From an uncultured Planctomycetia bacterium (GTDB lineage: Bacteria > Omnitrophota > Gorgyraeia > Duberdicusellales > 4484-171), in contig CAZPYY010000001.1 in assembly GCA_964590995.1 (NCBI GenBank), forward strand, positions 762-64,761: a DNA stretch of 64,000 nucleotides, given 5' to 3'. Each line of letters starts with the position of its first letter. The stretch's first letter is position 1. A program made the position numbers and the translations under genes. Positions 56,401 through 62,400 of this stretch are shown in pieces. The notes beneath the pieces were generated by a model, which was given only the letters and a program-made list of their open reading frames with translations, made no database searches and was not told the origin of the DNA.

Positions 56401-59400
56401 GATAAAAACAAAAATCTTTTACCGGCAGCCAGGCTCCTAAGTTGTTTAAATATTTCGCCTTTTTTACCTAATAACTCAAGAGTTGAAATAGCCTTATCAG
56501 CGTTAGTTTGCGGCTCTTCTATAGCCGAACTGCTGGATTCTTCACCATTGTGCTCTCTTATTAATGTTGTTGCAATCGGGCTGCTGGAATCTTTGTCCGG
56601 GCTAGGTAATGTCTTTAATCTCTGCTCTATATCCTCTAATTGTTCATCTAGCCAAAGATGAAAATTATACGAATTAGTGAATTCATCAATAAAATCAAAT
56701 GCCTTGATAATCAACTCTTTTATTAACTCCAATCTATTCTCATCGGCATCGTTTAAAGTAATATTAAAGAAAGGCTTACTTATGGGCATTTTTGTTTCTT
56801 TTGCTATTAATGCTGAATGCAAATCTTGTAACTTCTTGCCGTCTTCCAAGATCTTATGTTTCTCGCCCGTTAATCTAAATCTACCTTTTGGAAAATCCCG
56901 GAAGGCAAGGATGATCGGCCAAGTTTTTAAGTCTAATTTAAATAAGTCTTTTAACCAAACAACAAGATCAACAATACAAGCAGTTGACCTAATATGGATT
57001 CCCCGATGATCCTGTAGTTGGACTACAAAAGTGATGGAAGTCTTCTTAATTGACGAGCTACAGAGAGTAAAAAGGGACCTGGCCCCTTTTATGTTATTTC
57101 TTAATGACTCTTTAAATAATCCTCTAGTCCACTGTAAGGTATCTTGATCGTTAATTTGTACTGGACTTGCGCAATGTTTCTCATCAATAGTAGTTATATC
57201 CACAGGCAAGCTGACGCGAAGGGATGCTGGATCTATGCGTATGCCTCTGGGCCCTTTTCCTTTATGGACCGCGGCTGCAAAGTATGCGCCTCGGACCTTA
57301 ATCAAATACACAGTGCCAGAGTCACCGCCGACAGGTTTGGCCCCTAACGCCACTATTATATCTTTTTTTATAAAAACCGTATATCCGCTAGATACCGTAT
57401 CGTTATAGCCGCTCACCAGAGTAATAAACAGTCCTTCGTCTAACTCGGATGCTATGGGAACCGGCAGAAGAGCTCCTCCGCGTACTGCTTTTTTCTCAAT
57501 TACAAGCATGGCCAGGTCAACATTTGGATCTCGCCAGATTACCCCTGCCTTACCTATCAATTCATCAGTGTTAGTTCTAAGTATAACCTTATCTCTTTCT
57601 TTAACCACATGGGCACAAGTTAAAAGGATGTAGGCATCTTTTGTCTGTTTCCATACAAAGGCGCTCCCTAAACGGGCAATCTTAACAATCCTTCGAGAAA
57701 ATGCTCCTTTTTCTCTATCCTGGGCAACCTTTTTTTCTAGATTTTGCCTTGCTAATTCTGTCTCAGGAGCTGCTAAAGCTAAAGCTATTTCTTTCACATC
57801 GTCTCGGGGGGTGATTGTTCTTAAGATAAAGTCGATATAATACCTTTTTTCTCTTCTTTGTTCAACGGTTGCCGTAAGGGATTTCAGAGCTAAAGCTATT
57901 TCTTTCACATCATCGCGGGGGGCAATTGTTCTTAAGATAAAGTGCATAGAATAACCTTTGATTGCCCGGATAAGTAAGTCCAATTCCTCAGCTGCATCAG
58001 CTATTCTTTCAGCTGTTGCTTTGAGATCAAGGTTATCTTCAGCAACAATTGCTTTAAGCATAAAACCGACGCAGTAAGCTGGTATTCCTCTTTGGGCCAA
58101 GGTGTTAGTGCAAAAGTTAAGAGCTAAAGCTACTTCTTGAGTGTCATTTCGAGCAGCGATTGCCTTCTGAATAAAGTTAATAGTATGCTTGTCTATTCCT
58201 GTTTGCCATAAGGTAAGTTCAAATTGTCTATTCTCTGCTAAAACAGGTGAAGAGGCAAGCCATCCATTTTGAATATTTTTGTGCAAACTTATCTCTTTGA
58301 ACCTCTGGCCTAACTCAGGCAGGGTGATATCCAGCTCGCCCCGGATAAGTTTGAATGCCTGTTCATATTGTCTGGCGACTCGAATAATACTTATTTTGTC
58401 ATGGCTTATTTCATAGGCAGCCTGCATCATTTCCAGCCACTTAGTGTTATTGTTTTCTTTATGGGCATAATACAGCTTAGCTGCTTCTTGCAGATACTTT
58501 CCGAGAAGTTCCTGGGATTTGCTGAAATAAAAATCGACAATCTTCCTTTTTTCTTCGTATTCGTCTCCTAATTCAAAATGGTGCACGATTTGTTCAAAAG
58601 TATAATCTGTACCGGCAAAAACATCCATCAACCAGCCATTCACCCCATGTTCAATGTATTCAGCCGCACAGCCAGTTTTTGTGGCGATATTTAAGTGGCC
58701 ATTAACGGCTGCTCTTCCATCAGACGTTCCGCCAGCCTCACGGGTTGAGCGCGGCATGCTATTCCATACATCGCAGGCCTGGGTAGCGACTTTCATAATC
58801 TCAGTTCCCGAACCATCGACAAAGATAAATTTGCCTTTCATATCCTCTCTATCAGCCATTATCTTAAACCAGTCTACCCAATCCTTGCCGGCTGCATCGC
58901 GACCCACTCCGCCCATGAAGAAATTCCCCGCCAGGCCATAAGAATCACCCCATGGAGTCGGATACAATTTATCTCTCTCGCCTACAACCCAGGGAAGAAG
59001 GTCAAACAATATGCGCTGCTCTTTATACTCAACAAACCTGCGCACCAGACCAAACAAAGGCCTATCTTGATATTCGAATCCATAACCCTTTGTTGCCTCT
59101 ATGGTCTTGTTAAGCTGCGTTTTCATAGAACAACCTATCTCGTAAAGCACCTTCCCTGTAATTTGCTCTCCAGCTAACTCAAGTTCAAGAAGCTTTTGGC
59201 CCTTCCACTGCTCCGGACAAGAGCCGTTGGTGATCGCTATAACCTTATCAGTATTATCAGGCACAATGATCAGCTTGGTAGTCTCAGCATGCTCTTGTGA
59301 TACAGCATTGATAACTTTGACTCTTGAGTTTTCTGCCAGCCGCCTGGTCAAATTCACTCTACCGTCTCTTACTATATCTTCCGGAACCAAGTCAGGGCCG

Positions 59401-62400
59401 ATATTTTCTCTCAACCACCAGGCATCAGAATAAATCCCTAGCGCGGCAGTTTCCGGAGTATGAGTTGTGAAAAGGACTTGCGTATTCGCAAAGATGCTTT
59501 GCTCGCCCTTTTCTCTAAACTGGTCATTATCGAAATATCTAATATCATTCATCATTGCCTGAAGCAGAAAGAAAGTCTGAGCTTCGTTGCAACGTAAGAT
59601 GTCCGGAGCAATCCCAATTTGCTTAAAAAACTCAACATACGCCCGTCCTAAGAAAGCCATTTGTCGCACCTTTCCCGGCTCTCTAGGATAAAGCCCATAG
59701 AAGATTTCCGGCTGGCGCACCTGTAACACCGGAATATTTTGCACTAATGCTATATACATCCGGGCATTGTAATCAAAACCCCTAAAATTAACATTAAATC
59801 GGAACGCCTCTTTCCCTGTTTCCTTAGAACCTAACGGCCTTAGGCCTTCAATATTATTCCAATCAATCCCTATATAGCGCTTGCCATCATCATGCTTATC
59901 CACATAGTGCTCATACAACGGCATAAACCCGACAGCTCGCAGGCCAATAAGGCCAAATCCTATAAAGGTTTCACCTGAGAGAAAACCCAAGCCACCAGAA
60001 GCCTGCGCCTGTTGGGCAGTTTGGTCTTTGACCACATCTAAAAATGCCTCCATCGTCGCATCAAGGACAAACGGCCCCTGCCTTAAATATTGCTTCAAGC
60101 CTTCAATATCAGTTATCGGGCTGCTGGATTGCTTACCCAAAATATGCTGATCATTTTCCCAATCTTTAAGTATTCCCTTTAATGGTTGTGGATAATGTGT
60201 ACAATCTATATCAAGCCCGAGCATCTGGCCATAGATAAGGGTAAATTTAAAGGCCGCGGTACGCACATCGACAACTGGCAGCATGCGGGTAGCATTATAC
60301 ATAATATCCAGCACTCCCTCGGGACATTGCTGCATATATTTCATAACCAGCTCAGCCCAGGGCCTGTTAGGAAACCTATCATGGTCTTCTAAGTCTTTTG
60401 TAGTCACGCTCTTATCCAAATGATAGTGGTAGGCATAAATACGTGCCGAGGCATCTTCAAGACATGCCTGAAGATATCTGGGCGAAAAAGACTCAAATAG
60501 ATAGCCATTTCCTGTCAGAGGGTCGTAAAACTTTTTCCCGGTTTTCTCCTCCCATACCGGTATCCATACGTTTAGAATCTGCTGAGGGGGAGCGCCGGTA
60601 TAGCTGGAAACAAGAATTGCCGCGGTTATCATAAATTTTTTATCGGCCATACCTGCGGCTTCGCGCGGCGGTATAGACCATTGGGCTGCTACGCTGGTTG
60701 CGCGAATAGCCGGAATCGAAACAGGAACATTCCAGGGGCCAAATAAGAATTTCCCTTTAAGTTTTCGCGAGTATGCTGTCATCTGATAACTCCATGTCAG
60801 ACCTAACGTATCATCCTGGTGGGCCTTGCCCGCCATATATACGTTAAATCCAAGACCACCACCAAAGCTACTTTCGCTCTTCTGAGGATTTTCGCAAACA
60901 TAGTCTAATCCACTTAAGGTGGTATGTTTGAAACTCCTGCCGGGCATCAGGGTAATAAATTTAATCCACTTATAATCACAGATGCGCCGGGCCTGAATAA
61001 GTAAAGGCCTGATTTTCTCAAAAACAACGCCCCACCAGTCTTTAAGCAGTCTGATAAAGCGCTCGGCCGCCCTTTGTTTCGCCTCCCATAATTCATATTT
61101 GTCTAGTCTCTTCTGTCCCATAGACTCTAATTGTTCGGGAAGCATCCAGAAAAACGGCCAAATAGAGTCTTCGATATAGAAATACTTTTCTTTAAATCGG
61201 CCGAAACGTACCTCGTCAGCCGCCATCACCTCTTCGTGTTCAACCCCCACTGTGCCAATACATCGTGCTTGCTCACTTATGAAGTACCAGGGATCATATC
61301 TTCCGCTCTGCTGGGTTATTTCCCCGAGTATCTGCCCATCCCACCCCGTTGTATTCATTACCATAGCCGTATCACTAAATACCGGAAAGGCGGCAAGTTG
61401 CACTGTATGACAAAACGCCATAATACTTTCTTTTGTCCTCTGCAGAACACTGATATCTTTAAACTCATGATGATAGAAGATGTCAGGAACACCGGTTGCG
61501 GCAAAGGCCTCGTGCACCTGTAAAATATCAAGCTCAATTCCTAGCGCCTCAAAGGTCTTGAATGTTGCTCGGCTATAATAAATTGCCTGGGCCAACCGGG
61601 ATTCGCTGTCAGGATATTGCGGATACAATTCTCCAGCAACGTCATCAGTTAGATGAATCAAGAGTACAACCGCATCGCCGGGTGAGCCTTTCACCTTTAA
61701 GCGCCATGCCTCAACTTTGGTTTTTATCCTTTTGTTGTATAGAGGAAATTCTACTTCTATTGCCTGATCAAGGCTATAGCTCTCGATATCATCAGAATGA
61801 AGCAGGTCATCCCAATCTAAAACAACATTGTTAAGCTCAGGGGTCTTAACTGGATTTGTCCACGAAATGACCTCTTTCATGCCGCCTAGATCACCTTTAT
61901 CGCAAGAACGATTAATAACTTCGGCCAAAACCGCAAAATCTTCTTGGTTATCCCCTGTTTCTTCTTCAACGATAAGCACCTTTCGCCCCGATTCAAGCGG
62001 AAGCAGGGACTGCATATCCCCGCTATTCAAAATAACCACCTGGGTTACGTAATTAAGGGCCTGGGAAATATCGTCATCAGGATGTAAGCCTTCGGAAATT
62101 ACCAGTTTCTTTCCTGACATTGAATCAGGAACTAAATAGCCGTCAATCAATCCTCGAATATTATGCGCCAATTCATCAGAGCTAATATGCTCTTCAACTT
62201 CATAAAGACGAAATACCGCATGCTTCATTGACTGCTGTACGCCTCGGAGGTATTTAGGTACAGAAAAGAAGTATGTCCCTCCGTTGGCAGGTAATCCCCG
62301 CATAAATCCTCCGTTTAAAATACCTAAACCTCCGCCCATTGCCCCTTCAAGGCCATACTGAGACATAGTTGCCTCTGCGCACATCACCCCAATCTTTTTA

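Noticed and set aside
58330-58340. One inverted copy of the linker 11-mer (TCCAGCTCGCC on the plus strand)
   Set aside because: A single copy encoding GELD near the end of a module; it cannot be told apart from chance, so no inversion system is claimed.
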